Source: Candidatus Saelkia tenebricola
GTDB taxonomy: Bacteria > Omnitrophota > Gorgyraeia > Kaelpiales > Kaelpiaceae
DNA length: 64,000 nt
Assembly (NCBI GenBank): GCA_030765145.1
Contig: JAVCDA010000082.1
Location: 27,152-91,151, forward strand
Reading direction: 5' to 3'
Made by a program: the position numbers and the translations under genes. Numbering within the stretch: the first letter of the stretch is position 1; every line of letters starts with the position of its first letter. Under the pieces are notes generated by a model. It saw only the letters and a list, made by a program, of their open reading frames with translations. It had not been told where the DNA came from and did no database searches. Below are positions 37,645-47,337 of the stretch, piece after piece.

Positions 37645-37910
37645 TTGCGGGTAAAAATCAACGTAACGCTTTTAAGTACTCCCATACAGTTAGTGGCCTT
37701 TCTCTATAACAGTAACAATTAAATGCATTGCTTCAATTTAAATAGTAAAACAGCTGATGTCATCACACTGCTTAACCATTGCATATATCTACCTTAGAAA
37801 TAAACCTACTTAGACAAATATCAAACATTATTTTTGAAGCTTTTTTACTAATCAAAAATATTGCCGATTTCTATTTGTCTGTAATTATTTTTTATAACAA
37901 CACATACATA

Positions 37911-38765
37911 TTATTCTTCTTGATATACCCCTACAAAGTTTGGATATAAAATCTGATCTTTTATTGACTCAAATTCCTTTTGATCTAAAAGAGTAGTATC
38001 AACAACTTTTACATTCTCTGGAGCTAAACAATCAAACATATTATCTAAAACCTCAATGTTAATTTGAATATTCTTGATGTCATACGCATATATAAGTTGA
38101 TCGTTAGTATAAATCTTAATTGCTGATAGTAACCCATTATCTGCATCAATCCAAATTTTCCCAATAAACTCAGTAATACCTTGGGATGAAGCTATTACCC
38201 CTTCATCCACCCTTGGCAGATGTTCTCGATGAATATCAACAACATAATATTGTTTATTATCGTTGCTTTCTATTTTAAATGCAATGGGGTTAAACTCAAT
38301 GAGTTCCTGAAAAATACAAGGTTTTGTAAGCACGCTGTTTTCCATAGGGTCAAATAAAACTACATGTTTTTCCCCAATTGCTAATCTTAATTGATCCAAA
38401 TTGCTTTCTTCCATTACTCCCTGAAATTTATCATAAAACACCATAATACCATTTTTGATTGTCAATATACTGAGATTTACACCGCCATATTCTTTTGGAA
38501 TATTTACTTCAATCTTTAACCCAACGTCTTTTTTATAAACACATTTGCCCTCTAATTTCGTGACACCTCTTGAATTTATTCTGGTCTCTGCAAAATCTGC
38601 TTTATAACTATCAACCTGTTTTGATTTTTGATAAAGTAACCTTATTAAATCAACAAACTCTTCTTCTCCATTTTCCGCCGCTCTAACTGAAAAAGGCAGA
38701 TAGAACATAATACTCATAGCAATACCCACAATCAATAGCACCTTCACATTTATCTTACTAAGCAT
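37911..38765 (-). CDS. secreted hypothetical protein (possible LolA-like lipid-binding fold)
   Basis: Signal peptide MLSKINVKVLLIVGIAMSIMFYLPFSVRA; beta-rich sequence with no catalytic motifs; GGGAGG RBS 7 nt upstream of the start codon. Confidence 0.45.
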   Translation of the reverse strand: MLSKINVKVLLIVGIAMSIMFYLPFSVRAAENGEEEFVDLIRLLYQKSKQVDSYKADFAETRINSRGVTKLEGKCVYKKDVGLKIEVNIPKEYGGVNLSILTIKNGIMVFYDKFQGVMEESNLDQLRLAIGEKHVVLFDPMENSVLTKPCIFQELIEFNPIAFKIESNDNKQYYVVDIHREHLPRVDEGVIASSQGITEFIGKIWIDADNGLLSAIKIYTNDQLIYAYDIKNIQINIEVLDNMFDCLAPENVKVVDTTLLDQKEFESIKDQILYPNFVGVYQEE

Positions 38766-38833
38766 AATTTCGCCTCCCTTTATACTTATTACATTATTTT
38801 TATTTCTACTCCATTACACTTCTTTCCTTCATT

Positions 38834-38864
38834 ATTATACACCTGGGAACCGATTCTTTGCCAA
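38834..38864 (-). promoter_or_regulatory. candidate sigma70 promoter for the 37911..38765 gene
   Basis: Minus-strand TTGGCA (38859-38864), 19-nt spacer, TG-TATAAT (38834-38839), about 60 nt upstream of the RBS. Confidence 0.35.
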
Positions 38865-38930
38865 GCTTTTTATTTACCTTAAAGTTCACACTTATCCTAA
38901 CATTCTGAGCCCGCCCCTTGCTTGAATAGA

Positions 38931-40775
38931 TTAAAAATCCTTAAATGTATACACTACCTCTTTATCCGATACCCAATATGGTTTTCCCATATGTTGTTGT
39001 AAAAAATAAATCAACAATGCTCCGGATTGCTTGGACAGTAAATCTTTATACACCACTAAATGTGTAAAAGAATGCTTTTTTAAATCTTCAATTTCATGAA
39101 TAATTTTTATATAAGCTTCTGTCCCTTCAGTAGTTATGTTTTCATACTCATCAGTCATAAATATTTCTGCTGCTAAAGTTTCCTCTATTCCTGCATTAAA
39201 ACCGCTATCCTTGATTAAATCTAACCGACTAAATTTATCAAGATAATTGATAAATAAATTATTTTTTAATGAAGGAGAAATGCCCTCAAATGCATCCAAA
39301 CTATAGATAACCTTTTTTTTATGATATGTTTGATAATAGAGACCTGGACGCAATAAGCGATAAATAAAATGGTTAATTGGAATTTCAATAATTGCTGCCC
39401 CAGGCTGATTTTTTAAGTCTATAACAAAATCCGGAACTGTAATAATGCAACGCCTAAAAGGATACGGCACAGGAGCAATTAGAAGATACTCCAATACAGT
39501 AGCTGTGACTATAAATAGAGCCAATATCGGCTTATGCCTTATTTTAATCTTTTTTAAGACATTAGCCAATCCAATACCCGCAAGTATAAATAAACTTAAA
39601 TACATCAATATGCTAAAACGGAAAGGCAAAGAAACATACGAAGAAAGAGGCAAAATATGATCTATTATGGAATAGGGCAGCATTTTTAAAAACAACATAT
39701 TCTTTATTTCTAAACCATTTATGCGAGGATACGGACCTAACGACAAGAGAAAGAAAAACACTGCGCAGATTGCCCAAAAAATTCTAATTGGATTCCCATG
39801 CCTACTAATTAATCCTATAATAGCTAATATTAAAACAATCCACCCTATATAAGTACTATGGACAAAATAGCCATCCTGTGATTCCGGGAGAACCAAAGAG
39901 TTGTATTCTGAACTTCTATCTTCACTCCTTTCTCGAAATTGATTAATTTTAAAACAGCCATTTAAATCTGTAAAATTTATATTTTTAAGAGCCCATTTAA
40001 CAGATTTTTCGTTTTTTATACCTACAACCTTTTTTTCATTTGTAACCGATTTAAAAAATACCCAATAAAATGGTGTACATAATGCTACGGCTATTATTGA
40101 AATAAATGCAATTCTCTTTAGAATAGCTTTCTTGTTCCCAATATCATTTTGGATAACTGCATTGTAAATCAGAAAAAAAATAGTAAATATTCCCAAAGAA
40201 AAACCTATATACCAAGAAGAAACCGTTGCTAAAAATAAAAATAAAATTCCCGATAAAATTACACCTAAATTGTTTTTTTCTTTTGCTCTAAATAATGATA
40301 GAACGTAATACGGCACCCAGCATACCCCTAAAAATTCATCCGTACCGTTATGAATAGTGCTAATAATAACCGGTGAAATAGAATAGCAAAGCCCTGCATA
40401 GAAAGCAGCGCTTTTGCTTTTCACTATATACCCCGCTAATTTATACATACCTAATGCTGCAATTAACATTAGCGCCATTATCATAAGATTATAAGAAACC
40501 GGTAATGGCAAAAATAAATAAAGCGGTAAAATCAAGATTGCGTTAATTAAGTTTATAGGATAAAAATACCCTCCCTGAGGATAAAAAATATTATCAGTAA
40601 AAAAAAGAGCGGTTCCATTTAAAATGCTATCTTTAACAAAACATATCCCCCATAAAGCATTCCAGGTATCTGTATATTGAGACCCTAAAACTGTTTTATT
40701 TAACCCTACAATAGTCGGAAATGTTATCGCTAAAATTAAAATAACATACAATAACAATACTAAACTTGTGGTCAT
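38931..40775 (-). CDS. polytopic membrane protein, paralog of the 22250/24063/43767/45605 family (putative GT-C-like)
   Basis: N-terminal motif TDTWNALW...NIFYPQGG matches the family signature; at least 12 TM helices and a C-terminal soluble domain. The ORF-track start at 40862 overlaps the upstream gene by 53 nt, so the in-frame Met at 40775 (MTTSLVLLL) is preferred. Confidence 0.5.
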   Translation of the reverse strand: MTTSLVLLLYVILILAITFPTIVGLNKTVLGSQYTDTWNALWGICFVKDSILNGTALFFTDNIFYPQGGYFYPINLINAILILPLYLFLPLPVSYNLMIMALMLIAALGMYKLAGYIVKSKSAAFYAGLCYSISPVIISTIHNGTDEFLGVCWVPYYVLSLFRAKEKNNLGVILSGILFLFLATVSSWYIGFSLGIFTIFFLIYNAVIQNDIGNKKAILKRIAFISIIAVALCTPFYWVFFKSVTNEKKVVGIKNEKSVKWALKNINFTDLNGCFKINQFRERSEDRSSEYNSLVLPESQDGYFVHSTYIGWIVLILAIIGLISRHGNPIRIFWAICAVFFFLLSLGPYPRINGLEIKNMLFLKMLPYSIIDHILPLSSYVSLPFRFSILMYLSLFILAGIGLANVLKKIKIRHKPILALFIVTATVLEYLLIAPVPYPFRRCIITVPDFVIDLKNQPGAAIIEIPINHFIYRLLRPGLYYQTYHKKKVIYSLDAFEGISPSLKNNLFINYLDKFSRLDLIKDSGFNAGIEETLAAEIFMTDEYENITTEGTEAYIKIIHEIEDLKKHSFTHLVVYKDLLSKQSGALLIYFLQQHMGKPYWVSDKEVVYTFKDF

Positions 40776-40809
40776 ACTAAACCAGGATTTTTCTTTTGTA
40801 ATCGAACTT

Positions 40810-42342
40810 TTACATTTTTTCATAGAAAAATACTTTTGCCCCTTTAAATTTTTTCGATTCAATAATTTTAAAGTATTTATCTATCTGCTTTAAAAGCATA
40901 CGATCTTGAGGACTTTCTTCTACTATTTCAAATTCAAAAGAAGAAAGAATCAACCAAAAATTTTTTTTATCTTTTAATGCATAGTAGCCCGGTTTGTCAT
41001 GGTATCTTTCATAGCTATCAACTTCCGAAAATATTATCCTATCTGTTTCTTGAAAAGACGCCGCTAAGCAAACATTATTTTCTTTTAACCGGGCAATTTC
41101 CCCCTTTGACCTATTTGCATAGTATATGAAAGGATAAATCGTATTACGGCATGTGTGATATACAGCATCCCCTTCTTCATAATTTTTACCAATATACCGT
41201 ACTATTCCCCGGTGATCTTTCTTCCTCTGAATCCAAACATGCTCTTTATCAGAATAAGGAAGAATATTATTATAATAATTAACTAACGTTATTGTTGATA
41301 AAAAAGCTATACAAAACATACTTAAAACCAGCTTTTTATTGTTCAAACCAGACAAACCAGAAGCCACAATTAAATAATAGAACAATGCACTGGAAATAAA
41401 ATATCTATCTACATACATCGACTTAAACTTGGATGTTATAAAAATAGCCCCGACAGGCAAAATTAAACAAAGTAAGCTAAGTATCAAAGATTTATCTTTT
41501 TTAAACTTCATAACACCTTGGATGAAGAAAAAAACAAATATAGCAACAGTACACAAAGAAACCAAATACACAGCGTGATAACCTATGCTAAAAGTCTTAA
41601 GGGTTAAAAATAAAGATTTTAAAGAAACTGCCGGCGCCCAAAAATATTTATACGTAGATGTGGATTTTTTTATATTTTCTAATGCATTGTAACTTAATAC
41701 TAACCAGGGAGAAGATAGTAAAAAAATTAAAATATTGCCTATAAAACATCTTTTTTTTATTTTTTTACTTAATTTTCTAAAAATTACGGAAATAAAAATT
41801 ATTTCGGCTATCCAAAAAAATACTCCTATATAATGAGTATACATATTAAGCAAAGTAATTATTACAAAACCTATCCAGAAACCATTTGTTTCATTTTTTA
41901 AAGATCTGATAAAAAGATATGCAGAAGATAAAGTAAGCAATGTAATTAAAGAATACATCCTTGCTTCTTGAGAATAATAAATCTGAAATGGAGAAATCGC
42001 TAATAAAAAAGCGCCAATTAATCCTACTTTATCTGTGAAAAGCGCTTTTCCTACAAGAAATATCATTAAAATAGAGATCGAACCAAAAATTGCCGAAGGA
42101 AATCTTAAGCCAAATTCAGAATCAGTAATTTGCATCCAAAATTTCATAAACAAACCATATAAAGGAGGAGTAAAATCTTTTGGTGATATCTGCTCTGCAT
42201 CTTGAACCTGTATAACAGAAAGGGCTTCGTCATACCAAAGACTATAATTACTTAAATTATAGAACCTTAGACTTAATCCTAATAATACAATTAAAACCAG
42301 TAGAGACATAATTGATTTTCTTTTATAAAAAATTACACCCAT
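40810..42342 (-). CDS. glycosyltransferase family 39/83-like protein (ArnT / PMT_2-type GT-C mannosyl/aminoarabinosyl transferase family)
   Basis: N-terminus LLVLIVLLGLSLRFYNLSNYSLWYDEALS has the YxxxLWxDEA signature of ArnT/PMT GT-C enzymes; about 11 TM helices; C-terminal soluble domain. Confidence 0.7.
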   Translation of the reverse strand: MGVIFYKRKSIMSLLVLIVLLGLSLRFYNLSNYSLWYDEALSVIQVQDAEQISPKDFTPPLYGLFMKFWMQITDSEFGLRFPSAIFGSISILMIFLVGKALFTDKVGLIGAFLLAISPFQIYYSQEARMYSLITLLTLSSAYLFIRSLKNETNGFWIGFVIITLLNMYTHYIGVFFWIAEIIFISVIFRKLSKKIKKRCFIGNILIFLLSSPWLVLSYNALENIKKSTSTYKYFWAPAVSLKSLFLTLKTFSIGYHAVYLVSLCTVAIFVFFFIQGVMKFKKDKSLILSLLCLILPVGAIFITSKFKSMYVDRYFISSALFYYLIVASGLSGLNNKKLVLSMFCIAFLSTITLVNYYNNILPYSDKEHVWIQRKKDHRGIVRYIGKNYEEGDAVYHTCRNTIYPFIYYANRSKGEIARLKENNVCLAASFQETDRIIFSEVDSYERYHDKPGYYALKDKKNFWLILSSFEFEIVEESPQDRMLLKQIDKYFKIIESKKFKGAKVFFYEKM

Positions 42343-42405
42343 TATATATTCTGTTTTTTATTTTTTTTATTTTGTAACCAATTTATTTGAATATTAAAAT
42401 CATTC

Positions 42406-43770
42406 CTAAACATATTCAGATATACTTTTAGCAGATTCTATGCCCATTTTGATAGCTTCATCCATATTAGCATATTTGAATTGCCCTTGACGACCAGTTG
42501 AAGACAAATTCTCTATACGCTGTAAAACATCTCCTGCTTCAGATAAAATTTGTTTATAATTTAAGGAATATATAGGATAGGCATTCTCTATACTACTACT
42601 AAAACAATCAATTATTTCTTTCTCACTTATATTTAATCCAATTTTTTTTAATCCTTTTAAAGATGATTTCAATATTACACTATCTTCTGCAGACCAAATT
42701 TCATCCCCCTTACTACAGGAAATCTCTAAAGATATCGAGGCATATCCTGTAGGCGTATTATTAGGGTGCCAATTTTTGGGTTCTTGAAGTCGGAAAAAAA
42801 TTATTTCTTTGCTGGGAATATATATCCAAGTGTAATCAGTTACTTTCTCTCTTCTTAGCATGAGATTTAATATTTTTACAGACCTATATTTTAATACCTC
42901 ATCAACTTTTAAAGAATCTATACCTAAAGGAGGATTTAAAACCTTTATTAACTTATTAATCGGAATGGTAGAAATAATATATTTTGGACAGAAAATAATC
43001 TTATTATTACCTTGAAGACAATCTATTTTCAACACCTTTAGCTTATCATGATGAATGGCCAGAATATTTGTATCAAAAATAAATTCTGCCCCTTTTTTTT
43101 CTGCAATATTTTTAAACTCCTCGGCTATTTGTCCAATACCACCCTGCTGAGGGTAATAAAAATCATCATATAAGCTTTTAGAAGAGGTTAATCTTTTGAA
43201 AAAAACATTAAGAATTATCTGTTTATAGTCTAAATTAGGAATTCTTTCAACCGCCCAATCAGATGACATCATAGAAGGAGATATTCCCCATAATTTTTCG
43301 TTGTATTGTTTAAAAAAACTTTGATATAAATAAAATCCAAATTTACTAATTAAATATTGTTCCAAATTTATATCCTTTTCTCTCCCTACTAACCTGCTGG
43401 TCATTTCATACATTAATGACTTAAAAATACCTATTTTATCTGTCAATCGCAGATTAAAATTTAAATCATGCATGTTTAAAGGATACCCAAAGTATCTTTC
43501 CTTCCAATAAACCATACTTTTGCGTGGACGTTTTACTAAATCTTCTCCCATTATTTTTTTTACTAACTGTAATATTTCCACATGTTTTGTTAAAAATCTA
43601 TGTCCCCCTAGATCAAATAAAAACCCGTCTTTATGTAATGTCCTACACATACCTCCTGCATTTGGTTCTTTCTCTAACACGATAACTTTAACGCCTTTTT
43701 GTGTTAAATAATGTGCTGCAGCAAGACCGGATATGCCCGCCCCTATTATTAAAACATCGGTCTTAATCAT
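42406..43770 (-). CDS. FAD-dependent oxidoreductase (UGM / amine-oxidase-like), paralog 3
   Basis: VLIIGAGISGLAAAHYLTQKGVKVIVLEKEPNAGGM; GGHRFL; VYWKERYFGYPL motifs. Confidence 0.7.
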   Translation of the reverse strand: MIKTDVLIIGAGISGLAAAHYLTQKGVKVIVLEKEPNAGGMCRTLHKDGFLFDLGGHRFLTKHVEILQLVKKIMGEDLVKRPRKSMVYWKERYFGYPLNMHDLNFNLRLTDKIGIFKSLMYEMTSRLVGREKDINLEQYLISKFGFYLYQSFFKQYNEKLWGISPSMMSSDWAVERIPNLDYKQIILNVFFKRLTSSKSLYDDFYYPQQGGIGQIAEEFKNIAEKKGAEFIFDTNILAIHHDKLKVLKIDCLQGNNKIIFCPKYIISTIPINKLIKVLNPPLGIDSLKVDEVLKYRSVKILNLMLRREKVTDYTWIYIPSKEIIFFRLQEPKNWHPNNTPTGYASISLEISCSKGDEIWSAEDSVILKSSLKGLKKIGLNISEKEIIDCFSSSIENAYPIYSLNYKQILSEAGDVLQRIENLSSTGRQGQFKYANMDEAIKMGIESAKSISEYV

Positions 43771-45608
43771 ATGTTGTGTATTTCATAAATAATAATTTCA
43801 TCATTAGTGGAACAATCCTCCTCAGGATTTACTAAAATCTGATTAAGTATTAATCTAATCTCATCATAGTTTTCTTCGCTCGGCAAATCTTTTTTGTGTA
43901 CTAGAATGTACTTGTAATTATATTTCATAAGTATATTTATACTTTGCTGTAATTTTTGATTATCTATAACGCAGTTAGAAACAGAAATCTTCTCGTTGCT
44001 TAAATCCTCGAGTATATTCAGCAAATAATTATTTTCTATATCAGGGGGATAATTTCGAGAGACAATATGTGCCGGGACATGACCATTTAACCTTTTTTTA
44101 TTATGTATTACCTGATAATAACTATATTTATAACTTTTTTGTGGCAATCTATCTAATATATTCGAATTTCTTGTAAAGGGGACTTCAATAATAGCAAAAT
44201 CAGCACAATTCTGGGCAAATTTTAAATAAACTTCAGGCACAACTATAGGATTATGCGGTAATACAAAATGAAACTGCGTTGAAAAAATAAACAATAAAAA
44301 CACAATAACAGTAAACAATACCTTCTGTCTTTGCTGTAACTTATATTTATTAAAAATTACATCCATTCCATGCCCCGATAGCATGGCCAGACTTAGGATA
44401 GAAATTATACAAAATCTCAAGGGAAATTGAACCCTTCCCAATCCTGGAATAAAACGCGAACACACCGTATAAGGCATTATGTTGATCGTTTTTACTAATA
44501 AACGCTCACCTATTATCAAGCAAGGACCAAAAGCTAAAGACGTAAAAAATAAAAAACAGAAAATGTAGAACAAAACCTGTCTGTTTTTAAACCTCAATAA
44601 CGCTATTCCTGATAAAAAAAATGGAATAATCCAAAGCTTAAAGTAAAAAGGCCTATGCCAATCCACTTTTGAATCATGTATAAGGCTTTTAGCATCAAGT
44701 GAAGATTCAAATTTAATCTGGAACCAGGCTCCATAATAGTTTTCTTTTACATTGGAATATAGTGCTTCCAACATAACATTTTCATTATTAATTTCTGAAA
44801 TATTGTTTAAAAATTTTCTATCTATTTCTGATATTTGTTCCTCCTGAGAGCTATAATCTATACTTCTATATACTAAAAAAAGAAAGCTTCCGATTATTAA
44901 AACCCATAAAATTACTTTAGGAATAAAAATAGATGGCTTATTTAAAACACCCTTATAGTCCAAATTAAATACAAAATACACGATTGTAAAAAGTAATAAT
45001 ATGTAGCCAACATACCAGCACCATGCCGCTGTCATAATAAACCAGAAACAGGAAAGCAGGGTATATTTTACTGTCTTTGATTCAAACATTTTGCATAAAT
45101 AAAGTATATATAAAAACCCCCATCCTAAATTAACAAACTCTAAAAACCCATGTTTTATATGAAAATTAATAAGGGGATTAAATGCTAGCATGTACCCGGT
45201 AAAAAAACCTATCAATTTACTCTTGAATAAATAACTGGTTAATAAATATCCTCCCAAACAACTAAAAAGTAGTGAAAATAAAATTGTAAGATTATATGTA
45301 ATGTTATGATTATTAAATACAATCTGGATAGGAATTGTAAAATACGACAGTAGAAAACCACTATTGCCATTCCATATATCGATACCATCCGGATAGCAAA
45401 TATATTCGGTAAAATAGAACCCTTTGTGCAAATCTATTAAAGATTTCTTTGCCCACCAAAAATCCCAGTAGTGAATGTATTTATCCACAACATTTAACCC
45501 AATACCCTCTTTGTCAAAATAGAAAGTCAAAGGAACAGTTGCAGTTGCAATTAAAATAAGGGTTATATAAGCAAAAACTATTACTATACTTGTGAATTTG
45601 GCTTTCAT
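43767..45608 (-). CDS. polytopic membrane protein, paralog family (putative GT-C-like)
   Basis: N-terminal motif HYWDFWW...ICYPDGIDIW; multi-TM; C-terminal soluble domain; 4-nt overlaps with both neighbours. Confidence 0.5.
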   Translation of the reverse strand: MKAKFTSIVIVFAYITLILIATATVPLTFYFDKEGIGLNVVDKYIHYWDFWWAKKSLIDLHKGFYFTEYICYPDGIDIWNGNSGFLLSYFTIPIQIVFNNHNITYNLTILFSLLFSCLGGYLLTSYLFKSKLIGFFTGYMLAFNPLINFHIKHGFLEFVNLGWGFLYILYLCKMFESKTVKYTLLSCFWFIMTAAWCWYVGYILLLFTIVYFVFNLDYKGVLNKPSIFIPKVILWVLIIGSFLFLVYRSIDYSSQEEQISEIDRKFLNNISEINNENVMLEALYSNVKENYYGAWFQIKFESSLDAKSLIHDSKVDWHRPFYFKLWIIPFFLSGIALLRFKNRQVLFYIFCFLFFTSLAFGPCLIIGERLLVKTINIMPYTVCSRFIPGLGRVQFPLRFCIISILSLAMLSGHGMDVIFNKYKLQQRQKVLFTVIVFLLFIFSTQFHFVLPHNPIVVPEVYLKFAQNCADFAIIEVPFTRNSNILDRLPQKSYKYSYYQVIHNKKRLNGHVPAHIVSRNYPPDIENNYLLNILEDLSNEKISVSNCVIDNQKLQQSINILMKYNYKYILVHKKDLPSEENYDEIRLILNQILVNPEEDCSTNDEIIIYEIHNI

Positions 45609-47299
45609 TTTAACTTATACATGCTTATTCGTTCATCGGAGTTATCTATTAAAATACAGCTTTCTAACAACAACCGTTCAAGCGCTTTTTTTGTACCTTC
45701 GTTTAAAAACTCATTATGAAGTAAAAGATAGAGAAATCCGTCTTTTTTAAGCTCAGAGCAAGATTGAACTAAAATTTCGATTTCGGATTTAGACATATAT
45801 ATAACGTTACCTAGATTGAACAAAATTAAATTTAAAAAAGGATTTTCTTCTATGTAATCCCAATGCTTTATATTTTTGGCACTGGGAGAAAGATAACTTA
45901 CCGCATAAGGAATAGATTTCTCATGTAATGTTTGGTAATACATATACTTGCCACAAAGTAGATGATTGTAAAGATCAAAAGGAATATCAATAATTGCATA
46001 ATCATTTTTATCTTTGGCCAATTCCTGATAAATGGCTGGTATCTGCATATCGGTTACTGGTAAAGGATACGGCCCGGGAGATACCAATAAAACCTCAGCA
46101 ATTATTGTTATTGCAGTGATTGAAACTAATAATTTATTACGCCTATCTCTATTTATTATTTCCACAAGAAAGAGCATTCCATAACCTGATATTACAGCAA
46201 TAATCAATAAGCATACAGCAAATGCACGATATGTGTTGATAACAGGTAAAAATTTACTGGGCAAATAAAAATTATAAAAAACATGCTCAAATAATGAAAG
46301 ACGACAACCCAATGTTAAAATCAAAAAAAATATCCCTAAAAAACACCATTTTACTACCTCTTTTCTATGCCTTGAAACAACTGCAAGCAAAGATAACGAT
46401 AAACAACTGAATCCAATGTAAGTAGATTTCATAAAATGCCTTACTGTTGAATCAAAAACTAATTTCCCGGGCGTAAAAAAATCTTTTATATCTACTATAA
46501 AATCAAGCTGACTTTTATAAATATCTATGGAGGTTTTAAAAAAAATGAACCGCGTAATAAGAACATACGCCATAGGGGCAATAAAAATTGCATATAAAAC
46601 TAATACCCAAAAACAAGATAATAACGTTTTTTTATAACAGACAAATTTAGCTCTCATAACAATAATTATAAAAATATAAAGCAGAGTAAAGAATAAAAGA
46701 TAAAGCCCGTAATACCAACAAGATAACGTGGTAAATAACAACAACAACCCCGACATAAAAATATATCTTCTACGGTTTGTATTTATTAATTTTAAAAACA
46801 TAAGGATGTACAGGGGTAAAAACACCAAGTTAATGGTTTCCAAAGCCCCATTATAAATTTGTCCAAACACATATGCATTTATTCCATATATTATTCCGGA
46901 TATAAAACTTGCATATCCATTATGTGTTAAATATTTTGCGAGAAAAAACATGGCAACACAATTTAAAAAAATTAGCATCATAACCAAAAAATTATAACTA
47001 GTAGTAATGTTGAATAGAAAAGTAAACGGAATTGCTAAAAAATCCGTAAACAGAATCGGGATATGACGATGAACATTAACTCCGGCAGGATAAAAAATTT
47101 TATCTGTATAAAAATCTGCTTTTAAAATTTGATTAAAAGCTGTCTGATCCCACCATATATGCCAACAACTGACCCAAACATCATTAAACTTATCTCCCAA
47201 CACATGAGTCGATATGTCAGGAAACAGAAAATAAAATATTCCTATCACAATTAATAAAAATAAAACCACCGCAATCCAATTGCTATTTATTTTCATCAT
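45605..47299 (-). CDS. polytopic membrane protein, paralog family (putative GT-C-like)
   Basis: N-terminal motif DVWVSCWHIWWDQ...IFYPAGVNVH; multi-TM; 564 aa. Confidence 0.5.
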   Translation of the reverse strand: MMKINSNWIAVVLFLLIVIGIFYFLFPDISTHVLGDKFNDVWVSCWHIWWDQTAFNQILKADFYTDKIFYPAGVNVHRHIPILFTDFLAIPFTFLFNITTSYNFLVMMLIFLNCVAMFFLAKYLTHNGYASFISGIIYGINAYVFGQIYNGALETINLVFLPLYILMFLKLINTNRRRYIFMSGLLLLFTTLSCWYYGLYLLFFTLLYIFIIIVMRAKFVCYKKTLLSCFWVLVLYAIFIAPMAYVLITRFIFFKTSIDIYKSQLDFIVDIKDFFTPGKLVFDSTVRHFMKSTYIGFSCLSLSLLAVVSRHRKEVVKWCFLGIFFLILTLGCRLSLFEHVFYNFYLPSKFLPVINTYRAFAVCLLIIAVISGYGMLFLVEIINRDRRNKLLVSITAITIIAEVLLVSPGPYPLPVTDMQIPAIYQELAKDKNDYAIIDIPFDLYNHLLCGKYMYYQTLHEKSIPYAVSYLSPSAKNIKHWDYIEENPFLNLILFNLGNVIYMSKSEIEILVQSCSELKKDGFLYLLLHNEFLNEGTKKALERLLLESCILIDNSDERISMYKLK

Positions 47300-47337
47300 C
47301 TAAAATCATTAACGTAACAAAGTAAAAATACATTACT

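Noticed and set aside
37690-37705. GCCACT-like 'B12 box' fragment (minus strand, GGCCACTAACTG) in the 370-bp leader upstream of a B12-radical-SAM gene; a cobalamin riboswitch was considered
   Set aside because: Only a partial 6-7-nt match to the B12-box consensus is present. I could not recognise the other conserved cobalamin-riboswitch elements or the pairing architecture by eye. It needs a covariance-model scan, so it is not claimed.
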